Source of the DNA: Schmidtea polychroa
Taxonomy: Eukaryota
DNA: 64,000 bases
Direction: 5' to 3'
Assembly (NCBI GenBank): GCA_044892525.1
Contig: CM097885.1
Location: forward strand, 15,996,001 to 16,060,000
Shown here: piece by piece, positions 1 to 13,850 of the stretch
Layout of the letters: each line of letters opens with the position of its first letter
Numbering within the stretch: position 1 is the first letter of the stretch
The notes under the pieces: generated by a model
Database searches by the model: none
What the model saw: the letters and a program-made list of their open reading frames with translations, nothing else
What the model was told of the DNA's origin: nothing
Translations under genes and position numbers: made by a program

Positions 1-1561
1 CTAGATCTTGCATCACTCATTGGTACTCCTCTCACAGTTCTGTATTGATTCGATATTCCAGTGTAACGTTTTGGCGTTATCTAAACGGAACAATAACAAC
101 TTCTCCATTGAAGGATCCATTGTTATTTTGAATATTTACGGTTAAAACTTTGTTTTTGCACAAAGTGCGAGTGATAATAATAGCAGTATAAACTGATTAG
201 GGGGCAATTGGTGGGTTATATTTTACTCTAAAACAATGTTTCTATAAAATTATCAATGATATAAACTTAATTTCTGTAATCGTGTGGAAATGGCCATCAT
301 CGATGCTGTCCCGATAATCATATTCACAATTTCCGTAGCCACAACAATGATGGTGGTCATCTCAAAGATACCTTTCATATGAAGCTCAAATGTTATGCGT
401 AATGATCAGGATAGTAAAAATGAATATTAGAGTAGCAACCAAGAGAATTATGATAATGATAAATATGATGATTTAATGCTCTGAAAGTAATGAGAACTTA
501 TTCACTCAAGGTGGCCACGATATTGATGATAACTAAATATTTTATACTGACAAAGTCAAAAATTTATTTGTTAATCAACTCTTTACTCGATCATTTTTAC
601 AGAAATGTTTATATTTTAAGCTAAATATTAAGCAAAATTGTCTTATTTTCATTTAACGTATAACTCCATATAATATGACTATTCCTAATAATATGATCAT
701 TTCTTTTTGATAAATGGTCATACAAATAAATAAATGATTTTTTAAAATTCTTTTATATCAATAATACAATTTCTATAATAAATTTTTCTTTATTTCATCC
801 CAAAGAAAAAAATAACATTTACAATTGCTTTCAAGAAAAAAGGTGATTTCATATAGGGAGCTTGGAAATTCATGTTATAAGGCAAAAAGCTTTTTCGGCG
901 ACAGAGATAGTCAATCTATTTCTTATTGTCAATCTGTTTCAGCAGTGGTATATAATTGTGAATTTATGCATCATGTTTGTTACAATTTCTAAATACATAA
1001 ATTTTTAAATTGAAACCACAATAAGAATCCTTATAAAGCGTTATTATTACAAAAAATCACTTTGCCCAATTTAAATTCTTAGGTTAAGTCTGTCCAATTC
1101 AGATCAGCACTAATGTGGGTGACCATTAAAAAAATCAGGTAATGTTGTATTTTATTTTTTGTTTAATCGTTCACCAAATACCTTTATTTCATTACATTAC
1201 CATTAAGCATCATGCCTTGCAATGTATAAAACTGTATATGTCTATCTGTTCACGATTATAATCTATAGATATAAAAAAATTAGTTCAGAATTAGACTTCA
1301 GAAGGCTCCAGTTTCCAGTTCGCCTAGCTTTTTAAATGTCCATCAATAAAGCCCAAGGACAGTCTCTGAAAGTTGTTCTTTATTATCATAGATACAAACC
1401 CTGAATCATTTTAAAATCATTATATCATAATAAATTTTAATTATTATTAATATTTTGAGTTTTTTTTAATTTTCACATCCCAATAACATGTAACATATGT
1501 TTACGGTGTATAATTACTTTTGAAAATCCAAATGCATTTAATAAAATATAGCAATTTACTT

Positions 1562-3815
1562 TATGACTTATGTGCCCGAGCAACGCCGGGTAGCCCAACT
1601 AGTCACACTATGAATAAGCAATTTATGATGACTGAATTAATGACATTGATTTGTTTTGACTTTATCTCATATAAGCATCAATTTATTATAGAGCATTTCA
1701 GTAAAATATAATGGAATATGAAATTTCTGTATACAAGGAATATAAATACGAGGAGAAACCGGGTAGTAAAAAATAAATAAAAATTATTAATTTGTTTTAC
1801 TTCACTCATTGTAACAGATTAACATTTAGCTTTTTAATAAATAATAAATTTTTTATTTTTATGTTAGTGAAAGCCGGTTCAGTAGAATATAGTAAACAAT
1901 AATGTAAAGATCGGAAAATTTTTAAGCGAAGTTTTGAGAATTAATATTTTTTCATTTGTTTTTAATTATTATTAAGAACTGAAAATTGACTTTTCCATTT
2001 GTTTAATATTTTCTTTATTTTTATTTTTTTAATATTTTTATTTTTATATTTCCTAAAATTTCCAATAATGATATCCAAGCATTTCTAAAGTTATTATTTC
2101 CTAATTAAATAATATTTAAATAAGTTACATAATGCACATTATTTGTTGATTTTCCAACAATTTTCCATTGTTAATAAAAACGTATGAGAAAAAATTTAAA
2201 TATTGCTTAATTCCTAATGAAACTCGAAAATTTATTTATTAAATTTATTTTTTTACTAATTATTTTAAATTAATTGTTGAAAAAGTTAAAAAATAAACGA
2301 AAACCAGAAAAATTAAACATATTTAAATTAAATTAAAATGAATTTAATTGCGCGATTTAACTAAACATACCACGCAACGCCTCTCAGCGTTTGGGCAACG
2401 GATACCGGGGAAATAGCAAGATGTCCATAGAGGTAAATACTCAGGGACAAGTAGAACAAAACCAAAACAATTAATTAAAATATTTGAATGGGGTCAGCGT
2501 CTGAGATAAATTAGGATTTAAAACGGTGGCTTTCTTTTTGCATTTGCAAGTTTGCATTTTAGAATTACAAATCTTTATGAAGCCTTATAACAATGAAAGA
2601 CAGATCAAAACAAAATTTACGATGCATTCCAGAAATAAAGGCAAGGCATGATTCGAGTTACTGCAAGAAAACCTTTTCCAGCCCCTTTAAAATCACTCAT
2701 TAAAATTTATTGGTTTTTACTTGATTAATATATAATATATATTCCTTCATGTCCTTTTATTAGAAACCTCAAAGAAAATATATTTGAAAATTTGAGATCA
2801 CAGATAAAAGAGCCTGGGAACCTGCTGATACAAAGGATTTAATGGCATTGAAGTAACATAAAAATCAAAATAATTCATCAAATATGTTTTCAAGAATAGA
2901 TGTTTCCTAAGGTTGAGGCCTTCATTAAATATGGAAAATATAAAAAACATGAAACGAAAACCGTTTTTGGTCGTTTCGAGAAGACCAAAAAGTCATAGCC
3001 ATACAATATGATCATATATATCTGCTGACAAGTATCAAGTACAAAGGTGAAACCCCATTAAAAGGCAATATTTTGACTTTCAAAGACATTGGTAATTTTG
3101 AAATACAATTCATCATTTCTACTATCCTTTTCTTCGGTAATGGAGATCTCTTCAAACTGACCATCTAGGTCCAGCGATTCCTGAGGGGGTGCAGCATAAT
3201 TCGGTACATCATCTATTATAATAGCAAACGATTCAATTAATAAAAATATATTTACCCATTTCTATGGCATAGTTGTAGTGGACTATTTCTGGGATTGTGA
3301 CAAATTCTATGTTGAAATGCAATTCTTTGAGTTCCAATTTTAATAGGTCCTGGGGATAAATAAAAAAACAANNNNNNNNNNNNNNNNNNNNNNNNNNNNN
3401 NNNNNNNNNNNNNNNNNNNNNNNNNNNNNNNNNNNNNNNNNNNNNNNNNNNNNNNNNNNNNNNNNNNNNNNNNNNNNNNNNNNNNNNNNNNNNNNNNNNN
3501 NNNNNNNNNNNNNNNNNNNNNNNNNNNNNNNNNNNNNNNNNNNNNNNNNNNNNNNNNNNNNNNNNNNNNNNNNNNNNNNNNNNNNNAGATTCTTAAAGAT
3601 TAATTAGAAATTTTGTTAAAATTTAAAATATATTTTTAGTGAAAAATATTTTAAAAAGAACGAAATTTATCATTTTTAAAAAATATTTTTATCAAAGAAT
3701 ATTTTAAGAAAAACTGAAATTTGTTTAAATAACAAAAATAAGATCAGACAAGTTTTTGAGTATATCATTTATTAAATAAAATTTATGGAATTATTTAGTG
3801 ATTTGAAAACGGATG
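1562..3815. repeat. Segmental duplication block A, copy 1 (matches 22812-24862)
   Basis: Near-identical sequence from TATGACTTATGTGCCCGAGC to GAAAACGGATG recurs at 22812-24862. The block contains an N-gap. Confidence 0.9.
1574..1602 (+). mobile_element. Helitron-like 3' terminus
   Basis: GC hairpin CCCGAGCAACGCCGGG followed 8 nt later by CTAG and then T, the canonical Helitron 3' end layout. The 5' end was not located. Confidence 0.55.
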
Positions 3816-3826
3816 AGAATCCTAAT

Positions 3827-4480
3827 ATGGTGGCAGCGGTAAACACCGACGCGATAACCGAAAGATTATTACCAAAGGTGTTATGTCAAGGTGATGACTT
3901 GGAAAAATTCATATGAATATCCGACATTTATTTCGATGCTAAAGGCATCAATAAAAAAGAACAGGAAAGATTGACTGCATGCATGATCGACGAGGATCTA
4001 TTGGAGAAATATGCGAAGACAGTTAAAAAAGCAGAAGGATTTCAAGCCAGGTTAGGAATGGCATTTAATTACGAAAGAGACGTAATGAAGGGTATGGAAA
4101 GTTTATTGGATTATAAAAGAGGCGAAGAGATTGAAACATATTTTTAAAAAGTGGAGGACCTTGTTGACAGGTTGTTTGAGAATAAAGAATTCACCAAAGA
4201 GAAAATAACAGCAAAGATGTTGATAGTATGTGCTGAGAATAAAAAAGTTTAGAAAGAAGTAATATTGGGGAAGGTAAAAAGCACAGAGGAGATAAAGAAA
4301 ACATTAATTCTGATGGATAAAGTGGACAGACAGAGAGATCAGATCAACGCTATGTAAAGTTATGCAAGGGTGGTCTATCAGAATCCACAGAGAAGAGGAC
4401 AGTACAAGCAGAAAGATGAAAGAGAAGTCAGGCGACGAGATGAACCAGAGTGCTGGCTATGCATAAAATAGGCCACATGA
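3827..4480 (+). pseudogene. Degenerate LTR-retrotransposon Gag-like remnant
   Basis: Frame reads MVAAVNTDAITERLLPK...LLDYKRGEEIETYF...EPECWLC with several stops and a terminal partial Cys knuckle. It starts where block A homology ends. Confidence 0.45.
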
Positions 4481-5849
4481 AAATAGAATGTTTGATGATA
4501 TTATTGAATTAAGAATAATGAAAATAAAAGTTGCTCGAACTTTCATATCCGATCGAGATATTACATTAGGATAACAAAATAATATTGACATCAAAGCTTC
4601 CGGCCGGTGAATTGACGGTTTCACGAAAAGAATGGGACTGCCGCTTAGAAGAACAACCAACTGTACGAATTTATCAGATGATACGTTAATTTCCCGTGCC
4701 ATTAATTATATGGATTTTTAGGAGCTACGATCCCTAATGTTGACTTGTCGAAAACATTGTTAATGGATGAAACAGCTGTTTATTTCGAAGATAATAGGAT
4801 TATAGAAGATAATAGAGCTCCAAGTAATGCTTGGAGGTCTATGTCTATCCAAAACATAAAAACTCTATTCAATCAGCTGAGTTTTCGGAGAATTTCGAGG
4901 ATTGGCATATATTGAAAAATGATATTTATGGTGAGAGATTCCGAAACGAATTTATTAATTCGATATTTGAAGATTCAACAACAACTCAGAACGAGTACGA
5001 TTTTGAACCAGATTTATTTGATCTAGCTGATGAATGATTAAAAATGCAATTTGTTTTTTATATTTCTTTAAATTCAAATAGTTTCACTAATTTACTGAAC
5101 CATGTAAGGAATTTTTATTTTTTGGTCATATTATTGAATATTGAACTCACACAAACTAATATGTTATTATGAACCTTTAGGCAATTTATCTTTCCGTATT
5201 TTCACATAAGCGCAATAGGAATAGATAAATAAATGAAAAAGAAATACCTGAAAATAATTTATATATTTGTGCGTCAACAATAAAAATGACAGAATTAGCA
5301 AATTGAGATCCACAAAAGGTTACAATGAAATACAAAATGGCACGATTCCCTAAGTCGTAAGGCATTGAAACCTTCACTTAATTGTTAATTTACCCACTAG
5401 TATACTATGAGCTTACCTTGCCAATACCCCTTTGTATGAATTACACAATTCTCAGTGACGTAATCACACACATTATTATGTAATCACTGAGTTTTACATA
5501 AAACATATTATCATCTCAACTAGTTTGGTTTGACAGTTTTAATGAACTCTTGTCAGGTTTATGCTAAAACTTTGCTATTTCTGTGATGGACAGCCAAAGA
5601 ATATTTTATAGTCTCCTTCAGTTCGAGGTGGCGATGAAAAAAGAAACCAAGATCCATATAGAATACGCCAGATGTAATGACCTTCCTGAATCAGCCTATT
5701 TCATCTGCCATAATCTCATCCTTTATAAATAACTTAGCTACACAACTAAACACAAACAAAATTGATACTCAATTTGCCTTAAATGAAATGGAAAGGATTA
5801 ATGGTAACATAAATCCATAAAGATATCATTTGCCTAAAAAGGCTGATGT

Positions 5850-7190
5850 AATTCATAAAAAATTAAAATCTGACTGCAAACTTTTATCTGTTAAAAGATT
5901 TAAATTTAAAATTAAACCTAAAGAGGAGATAATGAAACTATTGAGTGATCACGAACTGAGTCATGGAGCAAACTCTTGGAGGCATATTGCAATAATGAAC
6001 ACGGCTTACCGTATCTTTGCATCCATAATAAATAAGCGTATATTAGAATGGATAAAAGGTAATTTGGTCACCCCTAATCAAAACGCAATTGGAGAACCTG
6101 ACGGATGTGCTGAGCATAATATGATAAAGATTATTCCATAAGAAACCACAAAGACATTCACATAATATAGCTGGATATTCAAGACGCCTTCGGATCCATC
6201 AAACATGACCTCATATGGCACACTTTAACAGAAATGAATCTTATCGACAAAACCATAAATCTAATAAAAATATGTATAATGGCGTAAACTTTCTTTGAAT
6301 GTGAAGGAGAAAAATCATCTTCAGTGCCTTTTATAAAGGGGGTTAAACAAGGTTGCCTCATATCTATGACTTTGTTCTGCTTAGCAATTGATTTTATACT
6401 AAAATAATCCTTTTCATTTCCATTGACATAAAATCAGCATCTTAGATTACGCAGGCGATATCGTACCAGTATCTGACTCATATATATCAATTGAAAAAGC
6501 ACTGACAGAAACAGTTAGCCTTGCACAAAAAGTAAAAAAAGTAAAAAGATCTTCCAATCACCCCTACACCCAGCACAGAAAATTTCAGCCTATCAAATCT
6601 TTTTACACTCAAGTCTAATGTTCACCTTCCGCAATTGTGAAATAAATCACATGATACTCGATTCAATAAGAAAGAAAGCAGTAATGGGTTTCGACCAAAA
6701 ATTTAAAGCAGTGATTAGAGAAGTATTGCTAGATAAAATATCACAACTGAACTATAGATGAATACCTTATTCAGAGCATTATACATCCAACACGCTCCTT
6801 AAACTCGAATGACAGGTTTCAGGAAACTAGTAATATCAGAACTAACACAAGCGAGGGGAAAAAACAATTGCGAAGCAGCACTCTCCTGGCTAAATGGTGA
6901 TTTATATGCCAACATCAAAAAAGCCTCACATTTTTCAAAATTTAGAAAATCATCGATATTAATAAAATATGGCAAATCTATTAAAATCAAAGAAATAGAA
7001 AGTATTATACAGCTAGAAATAAAACATCGCGAGAACTGTAAATACTGCTTCATAGACAATCTCCACCATATCTGAAGAACTTCATAATAAAATAGCTCTA
7101 ATAAATTCAGAGAAATGGCACAGAAATATATGCCAAAGCTATTAGTGAAAGCAGATAATTTGACAGACTCGCAGTTTCTATTCCTAATTT
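5850..7190 (+). pseudogene. Non-LTR retrotransposon reverse transcriptase remnant (R2/NeSL-like)
   Basis: Frameshifted RT motifs: SWRHIAIMNTAYRIFASIINKR, GEPDGCAEHN, WLDIQDAFGSIKH, GVKQGCLISMTLFCLAID, degenerate YAGD. Confidence 0.8.
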
Positions 7191-7595
7191 ATACTAGAAA
7201 CAATTTATTGAAACTTAATAATTCCCCGCATACACCCGTTTGCACTGAATAAGCTCATCTGTAATATGGGTTGGTGTGTACAATCCATTATATTACAGAT
7301 GCGTCATAATCTGTGATGTATTTCAGATGGAATTTTTGGGTTTTAGGTAATTTAAGTCGGTAACATCTGACTCCTCGTGTGCTTTTAATCAAAACAATAA
7401 ACTACCTAACGTATATTTGAATCACAAAAATAAAAAAAAAATCACAAAAAAAGGCAAAATGCTGATTAGTATCACGAATTTTGATGAGGGAGACAAAGTG
7501 ATTCACGGTAACGGAAGGCTCACACAACTGACACAACAGCGCATAATTAATGGAATACAAAGACATATTTGCTGTCTCAGATTTAGGTTTGGGTT

Positions 7596-10500
7596 AATAA
7601 TTTAACATTATACCATTGGTGCATCTAATGCTTTACCGATGTAGAGGAACCACATGCCAATAGTCATACTGATTGCGAAAAATCCAGTCAAATCACCTTC
7701 ATTGCCCTCTTAAACATTACACAAATGCACTCAGTCTTGGACACGTTTCTCGCTATCCCTTCTGAGTAAGCATCCGTTTTGTAGAGCTCCTTTCATTCAT
7801 GTCATCTGATATGTCAGTGTAGGATCTTGTCTGTGTACAAGTTTCCACACCTTCAAATTGAGGATCTAGAAAGGATAAAATCAAATTCCCTCAACTCGTC
7901 ATTAATTCATATTCATACACAAGGTAACACCATAGGTAATACTTAGCTAAATATTTTATGCGAATGATTCTTCCTTTCATAATATTGACGTTTGTAGGCT
8001 ACGGAATAAGTGATATGCAATTATATTTGTATCATTGTTGATAAAACTTGTGGCCCCCATTCCCTCCATTTACCATGTCAGTTACTGTCAAATACTTTAT
8101 TCTGCAATGGCATAAAATCCTTCATTCATTAAACAAATATGGAAGACTAAATAAAATAAGCGTTTCCAAAGCATTTATCACACTGGGCATGGATATAGAT
8201 GAATGCTACTGACACCCTGTGATCTATTCCATCAACTTTTACACATTCGCGATTGTAGGAAGAACTCTTGATAGAAACCCCTAATATGTCACGTCACAAT
8301 GTATCAATGCGTTCGATGACACAACAAAGAACAATGAAAGATGACCACGGCTAATACATACACCCTCCTATTGGATAGAATCAATTAAAATTTCGTGTCA
8401 ATTAGGCATTGCATTGATCACAGATTTCATAAAATTATAGAAAAATTCGTTACAATTTAATTTTTATTGTGTTAATCTAATCCAATTTATCAGTATTGCT
8501 TGGTGCATTTGATATTTTATCATTGCACCTTTGTCACAATAAAATGTGAAAATGTCAATATGGGGCTCACAGGAACCTTGTACACATTAGAAAATGCCTG
8601 ACAAATATTTGTAACCATGACGAGATCATTAGATCAATATATTAGCATTTTTTGAAAATTATTTATTTTTATATTTTGATATAATTTTAATTTGTATTTG
8701 CCGTTAAAAATGTTAAAATTTTAGATTTTGTTATAAAATTGTAATTTAAATAATTTTCTAATATTTAACATAAATGATATTAATAATATTTTGATTTGCG
8801 CTAAAAGCTAAAACACAATATTTATAAAATGTTTGTTTATCTACATCAAAATACACATTATAAATATTGAAATTGTCAACGTCAGAGGAAATAATAAATA
8901 TAATAAGTATGATTTCTGAATGTTGTAAAATGTTGAAATAAATTTATAATTTTGTTATTTTTAGATAAAATGTTTGCAAGCGTATGGGAAATGATGAAGA
9001 GAAAAGAATTTGAATTTGATAATGAAATCAGCAATGAATTGATATGCAGAATTTGCAAATGTTTAATGATAAAAGCTTGCCATGCTCCTTGCGGTTGTCG
9101 CTTTTGTTCTGATTGCATTGAGCAATATTTGGATGGAAAAGATAAATTCTGTCCAGGAGCAGCAAAACATTGTGGAAAGAAAATGATAAATTTCAATAAA
9201 GATGTTTCTGAAGATCATGCAGCCAATTTAAGGATTTCAGAAGTGATAGTGAGATGTCCAATGCAAAATTGTCAATTCAAAGATGAATTAGAAGTGATGG
9301 AGAGCCACATGAGAACATGCAACAAGCAACCAATAAAATGTTTATTCAATAGAATCGGATGCGAAATGAATGAGGTGGTAAAGGATGAAACGAAAGTCCA
9401 TCTCAATGAGAACACTGAAGGCCATAGCAAATTATTGATTGATCAGATCAGTAATTTATGCAATGAAATGCAAGCAATGAGACACGAGAATGTGATATTG
9501 CGCAATGAAATTATCAATATCAATGTAAAATTGTATTTGTAATTAATTTTATTGATATTTGTGATTGTAGGTGAAACTGGGCAATATGGAAAGGAAAGAA
9601 GCGGAGAACAGAGGAGAAATAGAAGAATTGAATGAGGAAATGGTGGCATTGAAGAATGAGAATCACTCATTGAGAATGGAGATGGAGACAAATATTGGAT
9701 CAATCAAAAAAGTTTGATTATTTATTTGATTTGATATTGATATGTTATTGAGGCAAAGCAACTCAGACAGCAAATTGAGGCGATTGAATCAAAATATCAA
9801 TAGCAAATTGATGATATGAAAGATAAATGCGAGCAGCGACTGCAACAGGGGAATGAAAAGGTGATTTATTGATTTATTGAAATATTTGAATTTGAGATTC
9901 AGTTGCAGCTTGAAATGGCGAAATGCGCCAATGAAAAACGTCAGATTGAATCAAAATGTCAACAGCAAATTGATGAGATGAAAGAGAAATGCGAGCAGCG
10001 ACTACAACAGGAGAATAAAAAGGTAATTTATTGATTTATTGAAATATTTGAATTTGAGATTCAGTTGCAGCTTGAAATGGCGAAATGCGCCAATGAAATT
10101 CGGCAGAATGAAACAAAATTAGCAAATGAAAAATATATAAATTATGGATTTTTTGAATGGCAAATCGATAAATTTTCACAACAAAAGAGAAATGAATATA
10201 TTTACAGCGAGGAATTTTATTCCGGGCCAGTCGGTTACAAAATGTGCTTGAGGGTGAGCATTGAGGGTGATTTGGTTTGGCCTGGTTTCTGTTTGATGCG
10301 TGGGGCAAATGATGAGCAATTGGATTGGCCGTTCAATCAATCCGTGACAATCGATGTGATGGATCCAACAAATGGCAACATTTATATGAGCAAGTCAAGG
10401 AAATATTCAGATTTGTCCCGTGATGCCGGATGGGGGGAACCTTCAGATGACAGAAATGATCTAATTGGCATTTATTATTCTATTGGTGATGGCAGCTCAA

Positions 10501-11110
10501 TCTATCAATTAGCAGCCAAAAGTGATAAATTGCTGCTCAGGTGCAGAATTAAAAAATTCTTACAAATTTAAAAAAACATTTCAATAAAGAATTTATTTTG
10601 GGTTTTGATTTGTTTTATTGTTTGTCTTTTTTTATTATATTTATTATATGAGATTATTATTGTGGTAATTATTGCCATTCTCGCCTTCCATCCGATATCA
10701 TCATCACGTGGCGGAGCGCGCACAGCAAATGCCAATTGCAATATCAACATCAATTATATAATTAAATAAAAGCAATTTAATTAAATCAAAAACATTTAAT
10801 ATAAATTAATTTGAATGATTATTATAATTAAATTAATAATTAATTTGAAAGAAATTAAATTAAAATTCACCCGAATATAAGCGCTGACAAATCGCCTCAA
10901 CAAATCAAACGCTCCTATGACGAGTGGAACTGACGAAAAAACCGCCGCTGATGTTATATGAGTTTTGGATAAATTATTGCTGTACTGAATGGCAGTAAAA
11001 TGCACCTAAATGCAATACTAACACTGCGTTATATCAAATTGATAAATGCCTTGAAGTTTCGCCAGCTATTTTTGAGGCATTTAAACGAAAATCCGCAACA
11101 ACAATACTGA
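7596..11110. repeat. Segmental duplication block B, copy 1 (TRAF unit; matches 28587-32125 and in part 48851-51260)
   Basis: Colinear similarity across upstream pseudo-exons, the TRAF gene and downstream sequence. Confidence 0.9.
8970..10571 (+). CDS. TRAF-like protein copy 1 (RING, TRAF zinc fingers, coiled coil, MATH); spliced; one internal exon dead
   Basis: CRIC-x11-CGCRFCSDC RING; CPMQNC...H...C zinc finger; MATH motifs FEWQIDKF, FYSGPVGYKMCLRV, LDWPFNQSVTI, LLLRCRI. Phase-0 GT-AG introns. In-frame TAG at 9801-9803 in an exon whose acceptor AG is also lost. Confidence 0.85.
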
Positions 11111-11602
11111 TAAATAAAATTTGTAAATTAATATTTTGATTCTCAAATACAAAATGAATAAATATATAGATAATCTATATTAGTGAAATTCTTAATAAGT
11201 AGATGACTCCTAGCAATATACGAAGCACTCAAACACTTCCAATATTTTCTTAGTTATTTCGAGATTATATTTGTCTAATTGTCTGACTTTTGCATGGACT
11301 GGGTTTTCGTTGCTAATTATTATATGTTCGGTTATGCATTTTATGTTATTGTTTGCCTTTAGTTTATTAGTTATATTTGGTACATTTTGTATCAGTTTTG
11401 CGATTTCATTAGGTATATGCCAGTTTGTTTCTGTTTTAATTGTTTTTGTTTCACCGTGTTGGGTTGTTATTACTCCGATGTCACAATTGATTTGTTTCTT
11501 GGATTGTTTATTTTTGTTGTATATGTTGTTTGAATTGTTTGGTAAGAACTTTCCATTCTTGCAGTCGACTAGTAGATCGAAGTTTGAGAGGAAATATGCT
11601 CC

Positions 11603-12161
11603 TTAAATGGCTTGTTTGACTTCAGTGATAGTGAATTGCCAATTGTATTGTGTGTTGTTCATGGTGATTTTAATGTTTTGTTTCCCGAACGTTTTGATTG
11701 GGCTGCCGTTTGCTGCACACAAATTCGCGGTTTCTGTTTTTGTATTTTTATGTAAGTAATTCGGTATTAATGAAATTATTGAACCTGAATCAACAAGAAA
11801 ATTAAGGCCATTGCTATGCACCGTGAATGTTTGGCTGTCACCAATTGTTGGTGCTATCATTGGTGACTTTATATGTTTCCCGACTCTTCTTTGTCGAAGG
11901 AGCAAGGTTTGTTGCATTTATATGCTTTATTTTAAATTTATTGTGGTAGTAACAATAGTTTTGGTTTGTGCGTTTATTAGGGTTGTTCCATGTTTTATTT
12001 CTGTCAAAGCTGTTGTGGCTGCCTGATCTTGTATTTTGTCTTGGATAGTTTTGTCTGTTTTCATAATATTGCGTTCTCCTGGATTCTCTTCTTTGTATTT
12101 CGGTAATGTCTTTTCTTAGACGTTTGTTTTCGATAATTATTTCGTCGAATTTTGTTACCAA
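11603..12161 (-). pseudogene. Ty3/gypsy gag-protease remnant
   Basis: Retropepsin motifs FLVDSGSIISLIP and LCAANGSPIKTFG, preceded by a Gag tail with CYYHNKF; frameshifted. Confidence 0.7.
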
Positions 12162-13783
12162 AGTAGAGAGGAGTTTGTTTGTTTCTGTAGTTTCTGAGCT
12201 ATTGTGTACCGAGATGTTTTGGTCGTTGTATTTGAAATAATTTTTGTTTTGGTATGTTCTACATATTGTCTGTTACATTTCGTCATTTAATATATAATAA
12301 AATATATAATATATAATAGAATAATATAAGAAATATCAAATATCTTAATATCATTTAAAATGTAATTAAAAAATTAAAATTATAAAATTATTTTTAGATA
12401 TTTCTTACAATATCATTTCTTATATTATTATTTAAATTTTTAGAATTTTTTTTAATTTAAATTATAAAATAAATTAAAAAATAATGTAAGAAATATTTTA
12501 GAAATATTTCAAAGACATTTATTTAAAAAAAACTTTTTAAAATTTAAATTAAAAAATAAAATAAAAAATAATATAAGAAATATCTAAAATTTTAATATCA
12601 TTTAAAATGTAATTAACAAATTAAAATTATAAAAAAATTAAAAAAAAAAAAAAAATTTTAAATATTTCTCATATTATTTTTTATTTTATAATTGAAATTT
12701 TAATAATTTTTTTTTAAATTTAAATTACAAATAATATAAATATGTAATTTAAAAATTAAAATTATAATTAATCAGTAAATATAAAATACAAAATAAATTA
12801 AGTTTTTCCCTATAGTTCCAAAATTTATAGATAATGATCAAATTCACATGAACAGGCGGTGAGAAAATTCGTGAATATCAAAAAAACATTGATATATATA
12901 CTGATTCATAGTCAAGCCTTTCTAATAAATACAATATTACTTTTAAAATCTTGTTTTATATAGAATTTATTTTAATTTATTTTTAAAATATTATTTGATA
13001 TAAAATAATAGTTTTTTGAATTTGCGGTGAAATATCGATTTGTCTGTAATCTATGAAATTGCAATCGGTTGGCACTAATTTTGATCAAACAGAAAAACAT
13101 ATTATATGCCTATACATCACATATACACAATATATAGTCAAGAAATTGAAATTGACAAGGCATATCGTATGGTAGAAAATGTTTTCATTTGTATTAAATA
13201 TATTATTCGCAGCAAAAGGCTTTAATTATCATTTATCATTAAATTATCACTTTTTACTATATTGTCAAGATACGCAAGTATCGATATACCAATGTGTTGG
13301 ATTCAAATATTACGTTTCTTGATCCATCATGGAGAAAAAGACAATTTACGTGAAAATATCCCACTTAAACTAGCCATAAATTGATATTAAGAATAATAAA
13401 TTTAAAAAATAAATATTTATGACAGTTACGAATAAGACCAAATATATAAATTGTTTATATAAATTTAATTAAAAACCAAATCTGCTTTCTCTCATTTAAT
13501 AAAACAACAGCACTGATCAATAAAATTGTATCAATTCTTTTTAACAACAAGTTAGACACTAATTTTCGTTTAATAATGCTTGAATTTCTTGAGCATTTGC
13601 AAATGTTTATTAAATTCTGCTCTTCACCAATTATCACCATATATGTCAAGCTCGGAGATTTTGTTTACTAATTAAATTGATTAGTCTATTTCAGTTAATT
13701 AATTAGTCTGTATTTCTTTATTAACATTGCCTAGATTTACCTCATTGATTAAAAACCATTGTATTTGTGTTCATCTTTTCACT

Positions 13784-13850
13784 CAGTGGCGTAGCTAGGG
13801 TATGTGCCGCCCGGGGCGATGCTTAAAATTGCCGCCCCCTCCCCCTGTAC
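13784..13850 (+). mobile_element. hAT/MITE-type terminal sequence (left end)
   Basis: CAGTGGCGTAGCTAGG...GCCGCCCGGGGC. A related end in the opposite orientation lies at 25676-25730, but the flanks share no TSD. Confidence 0.45.

Noticed and set aside
4720-4830. pogo-like transposase fragment (LLMDETAVYFED)
   Set aside because: Single short motif with no TIRs or supporting motifs; too weak to call.
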